Virus record (IMG/VR): IMGVR_UViG_3300050821_001527
Coordinates: 128,001-192,000 of that record
Reading direction: 5' to 3' (one strand)
Length of the DNA: 64,000 nucleotides
Source: a virus
Taxonomy: Duplodnaviria; Caudoviricetes
Below are positions 50,271 through 59,613 of the stretch, piece after piece (position 1 is the stretch's first letter; each line of letters opens with the position of its first letter). Below the pieces are notes generated by a model. It did no database searches. It was not told the origin of the DNA and saw only the letters and a program-made list of their open reading frames with translations. The position numbers and the translations under genes were made by a program.

Positions 50271-52337
50271 ATGATTCAACTCGACAAACCCAACACGGTA
50301 ATTTCCAGCGGCATCGAAAACGCTGTCTCCTTCGGCATCAAGCAGGAAGGACTGGCCCACATCTTCTCCGTTCTCCGCAATCAACTGTATTCTGACAAGA
50401 CCCTCGCCGTAATCCGCGAGTATTGCACGAATGCCGTTGACGCCCATGTCGAAGCCGGGAAAGCCCTACTGCCCATCAAGGTCACGCTGCCCTCCCGCTT
50501 CAATCTGGTGTTCAAGGTGCGCGATTTCGGCTTGGGCCTGACCGAGCAGGACATTCAGGACATTTACGCCTTCTACGGCGAATCCACGAAGCGCAAGAGC
50601 AACGCCATGATTGGGCAGTTGGGCTTGGGCAGCAAGTCGGCTTTCGCCTACGGTGACAATTTCGTCATCACTTCCTACACCAACGGAACCAAGACCACCT
50701 ACAACGCCTTCATTGACGTGACGCAGATTGGTCAAATCGCCAAGTTGGGCAGCGAACCCACCGACGAGCCGAATGGTGTTGAGATTTCCATTGGCGTCCG
50801 CGAGGATGACGTGGAAGATTTCCACAGCAAGGCCGAGAACCTTTTCAAGTATTTCAAGGTCAAGCCGGAAATTGACGGCGCGGATTTCAAGTTTGAAGCC
50901 CGTGTTCCCATCATGGAAGGCAAGGGCTGGCGCGTGTTCAGCGGCACTTCCGTTGCCGTCATGGGCAACATCGGCTACCCGCTCGAAAACCACACGAAGG
51001 ACAACCAGATTGCCGAAGCTTTGACGGCGGGCATTGAAGTTGATTTCAACATCGGCGACTTGGAAATTTCCGCCTCCCGCGAAAAGCTGCAATACACTGA
51101 CCGCACCAAGGCTGCGGTGGAAGCCAAGCTGCGTGAAGTCATCAAGGAAGCGGGCGAGCAGTTGAACAAGCGTTTCGCCGCCTGCGCGACGTTGTTTGAC
51201 GCGATGAAGCTGTATGGACAGGTCATGGACTACGGTTCTAGTCTGTATCCCCTGCGCGGCCTGTTGAAGAAGAATCTGATGTTCAACGGCACTTCGATTT
51301 CGAGTAGCCGCCTACACTTCCAAACGCCGAATGACGGTAGTTGGAACGTGCGTGAATACAGCCTGACCTACCGCTCGAAGCGCGTCCGCTCGAATCAGGT
51401 CAACGTGATTGACTGTGACGAAAAGACGGTTGTGGTTCTGAACGACTTGGGCCTGCGCGGTGGGATTCCGAATCGCGTCCATGCCAATGTCATGGCGGGC
51501 AAGCGTGTCTATGTCGCCTACTATGCGAACAAGGACAGCGCGAAGTTCTTGAAGGAAACCGGACTGGTGGATGCGAACTGCATCCTCCTTAGCTCGCTGC
51601 CGAAAGTCAGCTTGGCGACTGCCGGTAATTCCGGTGGCGGGGCGAAGAACAGCAAGCACGGTCTTAGCGTGTTCTCCTTCGATTACGCCGCTTCCAAGAA
51701 CATGACCCGCTATTCCAGCCGCAATTCCGACTACTGGAAGCCCGAAACGGTGGACGTGGCGAATGATGCCGGTGTCTATGTCATCATTGACCAGTTCAAC
51801 TTCCAGACCCGCAACAGTGGTTGGGATAGCCCGAGCGACATGCGCCGTCTGATTGAACGCTTGGAAAAGTTGGGCATCACGGTGCCGACCATCTACGGGT
51901 TCAAGGCCAAGCAGTTTGAGAAGGCCCGCAAGAACGCCAAGATGGTTAGCCTGTGGAACTGGCTCGACACCACGCTGGCCGCGTATTTCACCACGAATGA
52001 CATTTCGCAGAAGCTCGCCAATCGCATCGAGTTCAACAACAACAGGGGTTCTGAAAGTTGGATTCGCACCTTGATGGCCCACGCCAGCGAGTTGACTCCC
52101 AAGACGAGTGCTGCCGGGACTGCGGAGTTCCTGCGCCATCTGGAATGCTCTGGCGAAGCTGCGAAGCTGGACGCTTGCGCCGAGTTTTCGGGTTACGTGA
52201 CGCTGGTGAAGCCCGAGTTCACCATGTCCGAAATTGCGAAGGACTTCAACGCGAAGTATCCCTTGCTCAAGTTCGTCAACTTCGGCCAGCCGAATAGCTG
52301 GATTGCGACACTCGCATACATCAACTTGGTTGGGTAA
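50271..52337 (+). CDS. rIIA: rIIA-like protein (N-terminal GHKL/HATPase domain)
   Basis: QLYSDK.LAVIREYCTNAVDAH, VRDFGLGL, YGESTK, GQLGLGSKSAFAY; promoter 50201-50229. Confidence 0.9.
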   Translation: MIQLDKPNTVISSGIENAVSFGIKQEGLAHIFSVLRNQLYSDKTLAVIREYCTNAVDAHVEAGKALLPIKVTLPSRFNLVFKVRDFGLGLTEQDIQDIYAFYGESTKRKSNAMIGQLGLGSKSAFAYGDNFVITSYTNGTKTTYNAFIDVTQIGQIAKLGSEPTDEPNGVEISIGVREDDVEDFHSKAENLFKYFKVKPEIDGADFKFEARVPIMEGKGWRVFSGTSVAVMGNIGYPLENHTKDNQIAEALTAGIEVDFNIGDLEISASREKLQYTDRTKAAVEAKLREVIKEAGEQLNKRFAACATLFDAMKLYGQVMDYGSSLYPLRGLLKKNLMFNGTSISSSRLHFQTPNDGSWNVREYSLTYRSKRVRSNQVNVIDCDEKTVVVLNDLGLRGGIPNRVHANVMAGKRVYVAYYANKDSAKFLKETGLVDANCILLSSLPKVSLATAGNSGGGAKNSKHGLSVFSFDYAASKNMTRYSSRNSDYWKPETVDVANDAGVYVIIDQFNFQTRNSGWDSPSDMRRLIERLEKLGITVPTIYGFKAKQFEKARKNAKMVSLWNWLDTTLAAYFTTNDISQKLANRIEFNNNRGSESWIRTLMAHASELTPKTSAAGTAEFLRHLECSGEAAKLDACAEFSGYVTLVKPEFTMSEIAKDFNAKYPLLKFVNFGQPNSWIATLAYINLVG

Positions 52338-52361
52338 GTTTTAGGTCTTACTCGATTACTC

Positions 52362-52396
52362 AGGGCGGCGGGGAGAGTTCCTCGCCGCCCTTATTT
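52362..52396 (+). terminator. Probable terminator
   Basis: AGGGCGGCG/CGCCGCCCT hairpin + TATTT. Confidence 0.75.
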
Positions 52397-52407
52397 AATT
52401 CAATTTA

Positions 52408-52797
52408 ATGCAACGCACACTCAAAGATGCAAGTTGGGATAAGCCTTATGCCGTCATCGGCATCATAGACGCTTACGGGGCCATCCACCATCGCCCTGTG
52501 ACCCTCAACAATGATGCGAAGTCCCATGACCATTACTGGCCGGGGCAGACCCATAAGCGTTGGCGTTTGACGATTTCCGAATGGCAGTTGGAGAACAGCG
52601 TCCTGTCCCGCGAAAACAAACTGACCCCGGAGGAAGCGGAGGACGTGTATGCCGTGTGTCGTAAAGCCTATACCCCGCCTCGCTGGTTGGTCAAGGGCGA
52701 GGAATGGGAGGCGTTAGGTCGTCCGCGCTCTGGCAAGGCTTACGACGCCCACTGTGCCAAGTGGGACGCTATTATGGCCAAACCGCAATGGCCATGA
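52408..52797 (+). CDS. Hypothetical protein
   Basis: After ATTCAATTTA motif. Confidence 0.7.
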   Translation: MQRTLKDASWDKPYAVIGIIDAYGAIHHRPVTLNNDAKSHDHYWPGQTHKRWRLTISEWQLENSVLSRENKLTPEEAEDVYAVCRKAYTPPRWLVKGEEWEALGRPRSGKAYDAHCAKWDAIMAKPQWP

Positions 52798-52973
52798 GAT
52801 ACGAACGCCGCTCCTATCATACGTGGTATGTCTGGACGCCCAAGGGCAGGCTCTATTGTGTCTCCACCCTCAACCGCAAGCGCATGATGAAACAGCTTAA
52901 ACGCTCTAGGAAAAACCTGCGAAAATTGGGCCATTGGGCTTGACAGGCGGGAAAAGACTGGTAGATTCATTAT

Positions 52974-53747
52974 ATGGCCCGAAGCAAAAAGACTAATCCG
53001 AGTCCCAAGAAGGTTGTTGATTTGTCCAAGGTGGACATTAGCAACGATTTCCGCGATTTTCCTCAACTCTACTCGACCCCCGAGGACATTCAGAAGTATA
53101 TCGGCGAGCGCAAGTTGGACGTGCCCGTCCTGAGCCATATCTTGAAGCTGCGCGAAACCGGGAAACTCGATGCAACCCCCACGGAATTAGAGTTTTACTT
53201 CGCGGAACTGTTCGATTACATCTACGACGTTTACCGTGTCCCGGTGCCGGAAACTTATCGCCGCATGGACGACTGGTTGCAGCATATCGAACTGGAACTG
53301 GTCTATGGTGGCTTTGCCCATGTTCGTGCCCATGCGTATGAATTTGCCCTTAACCGCTACCGCACCCACAAAGAGTCCGAGGCCATATTCAAGGACATTG
53401 GTGTTGAGCGCGACCCGCTGCCCCAAATCAACTGTGTCACCAAATTGGAGATAGAACACCATCCCCAATTCTACATCAGCACGAACCCGAAGCTGATTGA
53501 GTCGTTTTGGATTCACTCGTCCCGCCACTCAGGGCAACCCGAACGTGTTGGCGATGAAGCCTATATGCGAGTCCATGTTTACCCGGACAGGGTTTACATC
53601 ATGGGCTGCGACGACTGCTCCTACACCTTGCGAACCAAGAACGCTGACGAGGCTAAGGCTTTCGCGGAGTATCTGAAAACCGCCGCCCCGGTCTGGTGCT
53701 TTGGGAATTTTAAGCAGATTCACAAAGACCTTGAATTTACGAATTGA
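52974..53747 (+). CDS. Hypothetical protein
   Basis: 257 aa; ATG 6 nt after promoter 52940-52967. Confidence 0.8.
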   Translation: MARSKKTNPSPKKVVDLSKVDISNDFRDFPQLYSTPEDIQKYIGERKLDVPVLSHILKLRETGKLDATPTELEFYFAELFDYIYDVYRVPVPETYRRMDDWLQHIELELVYGGFAHVRAHAYEFALNRYRTHKESEAIFKDIGVERDPLPQINCVTKLEIEHHPQFYISTNPKLIESFWIHSSRHSGQPERVGDEAYMRVHVYPDRVYIMGCDDCSYTLRTKNADEAKAFAEYLKTAAPVWCFGNFKQIHKDLEFTN

Positions 53748-53777
53748 CAAGGGTAGAAAACCTGCTAGGATTAGATT

Positions 53778-56111
53778 ATGGACTGGCAACCGACAATGCG
53801 ACATGCTGAAATTAACGGAGTCAAGCTTACCGAAGGACAGGCTATGACAATCCATGCCGCTTTAGTGGGTTTCTCGCAGGATTTGAGGGCCAACGGTCTT
53901 GGCGAGGACGAGCATGGAAAAACGATGACCCGTCTCTATCTCAAAAACATCCAGAGCCTTTTTGACCTTTACCTGAACAAGTAAACTATGGGTTACGAAT
54001 ACATCCAAACCACGGAAGTCAAAGGCGTTACAGCCGAGAAAGTCGCCGACGAAATCTCGAAGCTGATGCAGCTACGCTGTGTCAACAAAATCGTCGTAAA
54101 GCACGTCGGCGGTTGGATTTACGACATTTCCTGCGAGAACGAGGAACATGGAGTCACTTACTAACATGCCTAAAGTAACCAAAGAACTGATTCGCAAATT
54201 TGAAATCGGCGACCCGTTGACCGATAACGAATGCCGCGCCCTGTATGACTTTTTCGCGGAGCTACAGGATAGCCTGTCACTGATGGGTGCGGAATACCAT
54301 ATCGCTTGGGTGCCAATCATGCACAAACGAAACGCGGTGGAGGGTTATCTTCGCGCCCGCAACAAGAATGTATGAACTGGTGGAAGCAACGCCGCAATGG
54401 TCAACCGACCAAATCCAAGTCCAAAAAAGGCTCGTTCTTTAACAGCGCGAACGTTACTTGGGTTTGCCTCAAGCACGGTAAGACTTCCCGCTCCCGTTTT
54501 GGCGCGTCCTGCCCGGTCTGCCGCGAACCTATGAAGTCTATGGGCTATCGTTGGCGTGTGGGACGCAATGGGCAGCTAACCAAGCAAGAAAACTTTACAA
54601 AGTCCAAGCTAGACCGCAGAGCATCAAGAATATGAGAACATCACAACTCGAACCGGCTCTCAAAGAGTCATTCACTGAAATCGAATCGGCCACCAGCCGT
54701 AAACGCGGCAAAAAGCTTTACATGACTGTCAAGCTTAAAAAGTGGAGTCTGGACAACCATCGCCTCATGTTGAAGATTCAGGAGGCGTTGAAAAGCTACT
54801 TCCCGCGCATTTCCATGACCAGTTTCGGCGGGGAGAATGCCACGTTCCGACTTAACCCTTGACACGCCCGAAAATCCTGATAGATTAAGTATATGAAAGA
54901 CCTACTCGAAGCGTTGCAAATCATGGCGAAGTATATGGACGACGAGTATGCTCCCACCTGTTGCGAGCATGACGTGCTGTATGTCCCCACGGTTGACTAC
55001 GACAAGGTATCCGCTGCCGACAAAAAGCGTCTGGATGAATTGGGATTCATTGAAAACACGGACGGCGGGCAGGGGTTCATGTCTTATCGTTTCGGAAGTT
55101 GCTGATTTATGACTACGTTATCCAAAGCCCGCGCAGACCAAATCGCCGACGAGTGGAGTGGAGCTTATCGCGCTGATTACAATGGCCGCGAAGTTTCCGT
55201 CCAGATTATCCGCGCATTGTTCGAGGAAGGAATTAACAAGGCCGACGCGAGGGAAATCTATTTCTCGAAACACCTTCGCTGGTTCTTCGACGGACAGGGC
55301 GACAATGTGCCGGTGAAGGTCGCGGCGGAACGCTTCAAGGCGTATCTTAAACGCAACGCCAACTCCGTAAAAAGCATGTTCAAGAGCGAACTGCAACGCC
55401 CCTTGTCCGTTCAAGGACTGGGATGGAACGAGTGATTTATGAAATTCCGAGAGCTAAAGGTAGGCGACACGTTCCGATTCAGGTCGGAACATAGCCCGGA
55501 AGAAATCCGCAAGAAAGTCGCCTATCGAAAGTATGTGGACTTTCAAACTCGCACCATTTATGGTCTTGGCCCCGGCGACCCGAATTACGTGAAAAAAGCA
55601 AGGGGCGAATCGCCAGTAGTAAAAGTATGAAGCCCGGATATACGCTGGTCTATTTTGAATGTTGGACACACCCGCAGTCGGGTAGAGTCTTTCGCCAAAA
55701 GACCACAGAGCATTCTAGGTCGCTGGCAAAGTTGCAGAAACTTATCGTTTCTCGCAGGAAGCTTTACAAACAATGGAACAACGGACGCTTCATAAGGGGC
55801 ATACGTTATTTCGAGACTTTTGAGATATGTTAGACATAGCACCAAACGAATTTTTCCTCGAAGAAATTGTCTTCCTCGAAACCGTCATCAAGCGCATGGC
55901 GGGGCGAGACGTTGATTCGTGGGCAGTCTTTACCAAGGAACCGGCGAACCAAAAAGGATACGTCTGGTGGGTGAACAGATACGAGCATGGCGGGCACATC
56001 CTATCTCCCATGTGGGTGAAGGAAACCCGCAAGAAACTCGTTGGCAGGCCATTGGCTGAGTGCATTAAGCTCGCCCTGTCTTACGAGAGGTCTTACGCGG
56101 ACGGTTGGTAA
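53778..56111 (+). CDS. Run of short hypothetical ORFs (53778-53984, 54166-54375, 54372-54635, 54632-54862, 54893-55105, 55109-55435, 55439-55630, 55627-55833, 55827-56111)
   Basis: Co-directional; promoters at 53744 and 54859. Confidence 0.6.
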
Positions 56112-56126
56112 TTTAATTCAATTTAT

Positions 56127-56504
56127 ATGGAATTTCACAAGCATTGGACTTTTCAGGAGCGAAGCGTGGATTGGGCGCACAAGTGTTTCGGCCCCGTCAT
56201 CGTGAACAACACGAAGGAGCGCGGGCATCGTTTCCTTGAGGAAGCTGTAGAACTGTTCCAGTCAATCGGACGCCCCAAAGAGGAAGCTCTGGCGTTGGTG
56301 GATTATGTCTATGGTCGCCCGGTGGGTGACAGGCAGCAGGAGATTGGCGGGGTAATGGTCACGCTGGCCGTTCTCTGCGCGGCTCTAGGCGAGGACATGC
56401 ACGAACTTGGCGACACGGAACTGGGGCGAGTCATCCAGAAGATTGATAAAATCCGCGCCAACCATCAAGCAAAAATTGCAATCAGACCACCAACAGAAAT
56501 TTAA
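56127..56504 (+). CDS. Possible MazG-like all-alpha NTP pyrophosphohydrolase
   Basis: ERGHRFLEEAVEL...QEIGGVMVTL. Confidence 0.5.
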   Translation: MEFHKHWTFQERSVDWAHKCFGPVIVNNTKERGHRFLEEAVELFQSIGRPKEEALALVDYVYGRPVGDRQQEIGGVMVTLAVLCAALGEDMHELGDTELGRVIQKIDKIRANHQAKIAIRPPTEI

Positions 56505-56509
56505 CCATT

Positions 56510-56773
56510 ATGATTACTGACTCCATTGTGTCCAGTTGTGGTGGGTGGGACGAGGCCGGTGAATACGGCGACGTTCAACTCTATCAAGCCGTTCTTGCCA
56601 TTGATACCAAAAAGTTCAAAAAGGGGCAGACCGTCGAGACTATAAGCTTCGTATTCTCCAAGAGCCTGTGCCAAATTTGGGACAAGGCGGGCTGCGAAAG
56701 CGCAGATGGGTGTCAGCCTATGGAAGTAATTGAGGAATTTGCGCTCGTTCTCACGCCCGTCTTTAACCTGTAA
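56510..56773 (+). CDS. Hypothetical protein
   Basis: Co-directional ORF. Confidence 0.6.
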   Translation: MITDSIVSSCGGWDEAGEYGDVQLYQAVLAIDTKKFKKGQTVETISFVFSKSLCQIWDKAGCESADGCQPMEVIEEFALVLTPVFNL

Positions 56774-57105
56774 TGCGCGTAAAATTCCAAGTCCCCATTC
56801 ACGACGTTGCCGTGGTTGTAACAGTCACGGATAACATTCCCGCCGCCTACAAGAAAGAGTTCGGTATAGAGATAGGCGACAGTCGGATGGCGTGTCTAGG
56901 CTATCATGGCCGCAAGTTCGGATTGTTTTTCGAGCCTGCCGCCAAACGCAGACTGGAAATCGTCGCACATGAAATCTTTCACCTGACCCACCGCATTCTT
57001 GAGAAGAACTGCATGAATTTTGACGAGTTGCACCATGAGCAGGGTGCGTATCTCTGCGAATATCTGACCAAGCGAGTGCTGAAAATTCTGAACCAAAAGC
57101 AATGA
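56773..57105 (+). CDS. HExxH motif protein (putative Zn-metallopeptidase fold)
   Basis: VAHEIFHL...HEQGAY. Confidence 0.6.
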   Translation: MRVKFQVPIHDVAVVVTVTDNIPAAYKKEFGIEIGDSRMACLGYHGRKFGLFFEPAAKRRLEIVAHEIFHLTHRILEKNCMNFDELHHEQGAYLCEYLTKRVLKILNQKQ

Positions 57106-57773
57106 AACCCAAACGCATCTATCTAGTCCGTCACGGCCAGTCGGAAGGCAACGTGGATAGGGCTGTTCGCGCTCTAAAGCCCGATTACGCCCTCAAGCTT
57201 ACCGAAACGGGCATTAGGCAGGCCGATGCCGTGGGCAGGGAGCTACTGCAACAGATAGGATTGCAGCCAGTCCAGTTCTATATCTCCCCGTTCTGGCGCA
57301 CACGTCAGACCTATCAGCAAATCGTGAAGTTTTTCCCGCTCTCCAATTTTTACGAAGACCCTCGCCTTCGTGAACAGGAATGGGGTCATTTCAGGGACGA
57401 GCAGCGTGACGTGCCTTTGGAAAAGGAGCGCGACAGCTATGGACACTTCTACTATCGCCTGCCTGATGGCGAGTCGTGCGCTGATGTTTACGACAGGGTA
57501 AGCGACATGATTCAAACCATGTGGCGTGACTTTGCCAAGCCGGAATATCCGAGCGAGGTTATCGTGGTCAACCACGGCATGACCATGCGTGTGTTTCTCA
57601 TGCGCTGGCTACACTGGTCGGTGGAAGAATTTGAAATCATTGCCAACCCCGGCAACTGCGAATATCACTTGTTGGAACTGGACGAGCGCACCGACAGGTA
57701 TAAACTGGTCACAAAGCCGCGCCGTTACGAGAGTTACAATCACCCTTACCAGTTTGATTGGAAAACCGCGTGA
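57102..57773 (+). CDS. Histidine phosphatase (phosphoglycerate mutase family)
   Basis: LVRHGQSEGN, SPFWRTRQT, DPRLREQEWG, GES..DV..R, VNHG. Confidence 0.93.
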   Translation: MKPKRIYLVRHGQSEGNVDRAVRALKPDYALKLTETGIRQADAVGRELLQQIGLQPVQFYISPFWRTRQTYQQIVKFFPLSNFYEDPRLREQEWGHFRDEQRDVPLEKERDSYGHFYYRLPDGESCADVYDRVSDMIQTMWRDFAKPEYPSEVIVVNHGMTMRVFLMRWLHWSVEEFEIIANPGNCEYHLLELDERTDRYKLVTKPRRYESYNHPYQFDWKTA

Positions 57774-57962
57774 ACCAATATATTTCATTTTTAATCGCCA
57801 CCGGGGACTTACGCTGTGTCGAGCAAAGGTTTGGCAAGCGCAAGTATCAGTGGTTCCAAACAGTTAGCCCTTGGCTGGACAACGGAAGGGAATTGGATGC
57901 GTGGATGATTCCAATTCTTAATTGTGCTTGACAGACCCCGAATGCTTTGGTAGGGTTAGAAC

Positions 57963-58199
57963 ATGCAAGACGAACCAGTAATCGGGTGGCCTTTGGAAGA
58001 TGCCTTGAAATTGATTTCCGAGGCGTATGACATTTACGCTTGGCTGGACGTGAACAAAACTACCCATCGTTCCATTCGCCTGACGCCCGAAAACGCGAGA
58101 CAGTGGTGCATCGAAGTCGCCGGGGATGGATTCAAGAAAATCCCCCTGTTTCGCAACGGCACCACGATTTTTCTCGGCAGCGTCGAGGGAAGAATTTAA
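57963..58199 (+). CDS. Hypothetical protein
   Basis: ATG 6 nt after promoter 57928-57956. Confidence 0.7.
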   Translation: MQDEPVIGWPLEDALKLISEAYDIYAWLDVNKTTHRSIRLTPENARQWCIEVAGDGFKKIPLFRNGTTIFLGSVEGRI

Positions 58200-58202
58200 C
58201 CC

Positions 58203-58231
58203 TTGACAAGCGGGGAAAAGGTGTGTAGGGT
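58203..58231 (+). promoter_or_regulatory. sigma70-type promoter for non-coding region
   Basis: TTGACA-17-TAGGGT. Confidence 0.75.
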
Positions 58232-58273
58232 TAGAGTATAAGATTTTTCGTTCTTTTGACAATTATAGTCTCC

Positions 58274-58345
58274 GTGTCATTCGTCTAATGAAGGACAATC
58301 GGGCCTTGAACCCGAAAAGTATAGGACGCAATGCCTTTATGATAA
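58274..58345 (+). pseudogene. Degenerate tRNA-Gln(TTG)-like
   Basis: TGTCAT/ATGATA, GTCT..AGGAC D-arm, TCGGG-CCTTGAA-CCCGA; T-loop degenerate, no CCA. Confidence 0.55.
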
Positions 58346-58451
58346 ACGGCGGCAAGGGATTGAGTTTTGATTGTAAAACATGCCGTGCATGGCCTGTTTC
58401 TTAGTCCCGCGTTTTTTTCCTGCAAGAAACTCGTTCGGTGGGTATTGCGAT

Positions 58452-58533
58452 AGACTAAAAACCCTCCAAGGCGGCAAGTGCCCCGGTTCTGATACAGCCG
58501 AAAACTTGCATGTGGATTGCATCTACCAGTCCA
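58452..58533 (+). pseudogene. Degenerate tRNA-Ile(GAT)-like element
   Basis: CGGTT-CTGATAC-AGCCG arm, GTGG/CTAC hairpin, GACT/AGTC-CA ends. Confidence 0.35.
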
Positions 58534-58717
58534 GCTTTTAGACTTTTGTGCTACAACAATAATCCGTTAGGTTGCTGATTCGATAATATGCAAACAGTGT
58601 TAGCTCTTTGACTACAACAAAGACCGCCGTTTTATTCCTCCTAGAAAGGGTTTTGGGGCGCAATCCAAAATTACAATTTCAGTTGACAATGGTAGAAACA
58701 TTTGCTTAAATTAGACT

Positions 58718-59104
58718 ATGAAAATCAAAATCAATCGTGAATCTCTCGACGCTTTCGCTTCCCGCCTGTTCTATCTGGCGTGGCAGGCTTGTGGTGGCCC
58801 GCTTGGTATGGGTGTCTTTCAAGACCGTCCCGGTGCCTCCGAAAAGGACGTTTTCAACAATGTAATCACGGCGGGCGACTACGCCGGGGCGTTTGGTCGC
58901 GGCAAAAACGAGGTCTATGGCGACTACGTGTTTGGCCGAATGATGAAGTTCGGATTCACCATCTTGGACGATGGCGTTATCCAGTTCCGCAACACGGACT
59001 TCCGCCCCGATTATCAAGGGTTCTCGCGCAAGTATCCCACGATTGAAGCCTTGTTGAAGGCCACCGTGGAAAGCACCGGCATCCCATACGAAGTTGTGGA
59101 GTAA
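58718..59104 (+). CDS. Hypothetical protein
   Basis: 128 aa; promoter at 58683. Confidence 0.75.
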   Translation: MKIKINRESLDAFASRLFYLAWQACGGPLGMGVFQDRPGASEKDVFNNVITAGDYAGAFGRGKNEVYGDYVFGRMMKFGFTILDDGVIQFRNTDFRPDYQGFSRKYPTIEALLKATVESTGIPYEVVE

Positions 59105-59107
59105 TTT

Positions 59108-59236
59108 GGTCTGCCCCATACGCTCTGGTTAATGCGGACGGGTTAAGCGGGATGCTTCCTATCCAAAGACAGATGGCAGACAGGTTCCGCGTGTTCGCGG
59201 ACGCACCGCTAGATTGAACCAGCAAGACTAGCGGGG
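59108..59236 (+). ncRNA. Candidate structured RNA
   Basis: GTCTGCC/GGCAGAC, CCGC/GCGG, CCGCTAG/CTAGCGG stems; no ORF. Confidence 0.4.
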
Positions 59237-59240
59237 AATT

Positions 59241-59514
59241 TGACGTGTGGCGGAATGTAAAGACGCAAGGCGAAAACACGGTCTAGCTGAGTAAGTCGGG
59301 GAGAACGCTACCCGAAAGTAAACTACTGAAATGCGGCAAGTCCTGAATTGACAGGCAGCGCGAACTGACCAGAACCAACTGGTGATACCGTTGATGGCGT
59401 AAGTAGCTCCACCATCAATCTGTGTGTAAGACCAATGGCTGAAATATGCCGACAGAAAGCGCATAAGATTAGTGAGCCGATATATCCATGCAGGTTTAAA
59501 TCCTGCCACGTCAA
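59241..59514 (+). ncRNA. tRNA-shell RNA (Leu-type D-arm) with ~220-nt insert replacing the anticodon arm
   Basis: TGACGTG/CACGTCA acceptor, TGGCGGAATGTAAAGACGC D-arm, GCAGG-TTTAAAT-CCTGC T-arm. Confidence 0.7.
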
Positions 59515-59613
59515 AAAAATTCAATAAATATCAACGCTCAAGAGATTGACAACTACATCAAGGCGAATCACGCCGAAGCTTGGCCCGCAGTCAAGGCCGC
59601 TATCAGGCAGGCG

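Noticed and set aside
59241-59514. tRNA-Leu(UAA) with a group I intron
   Set aside because: No anticodon-loop halves, no variable arm and no recognisable P7 core
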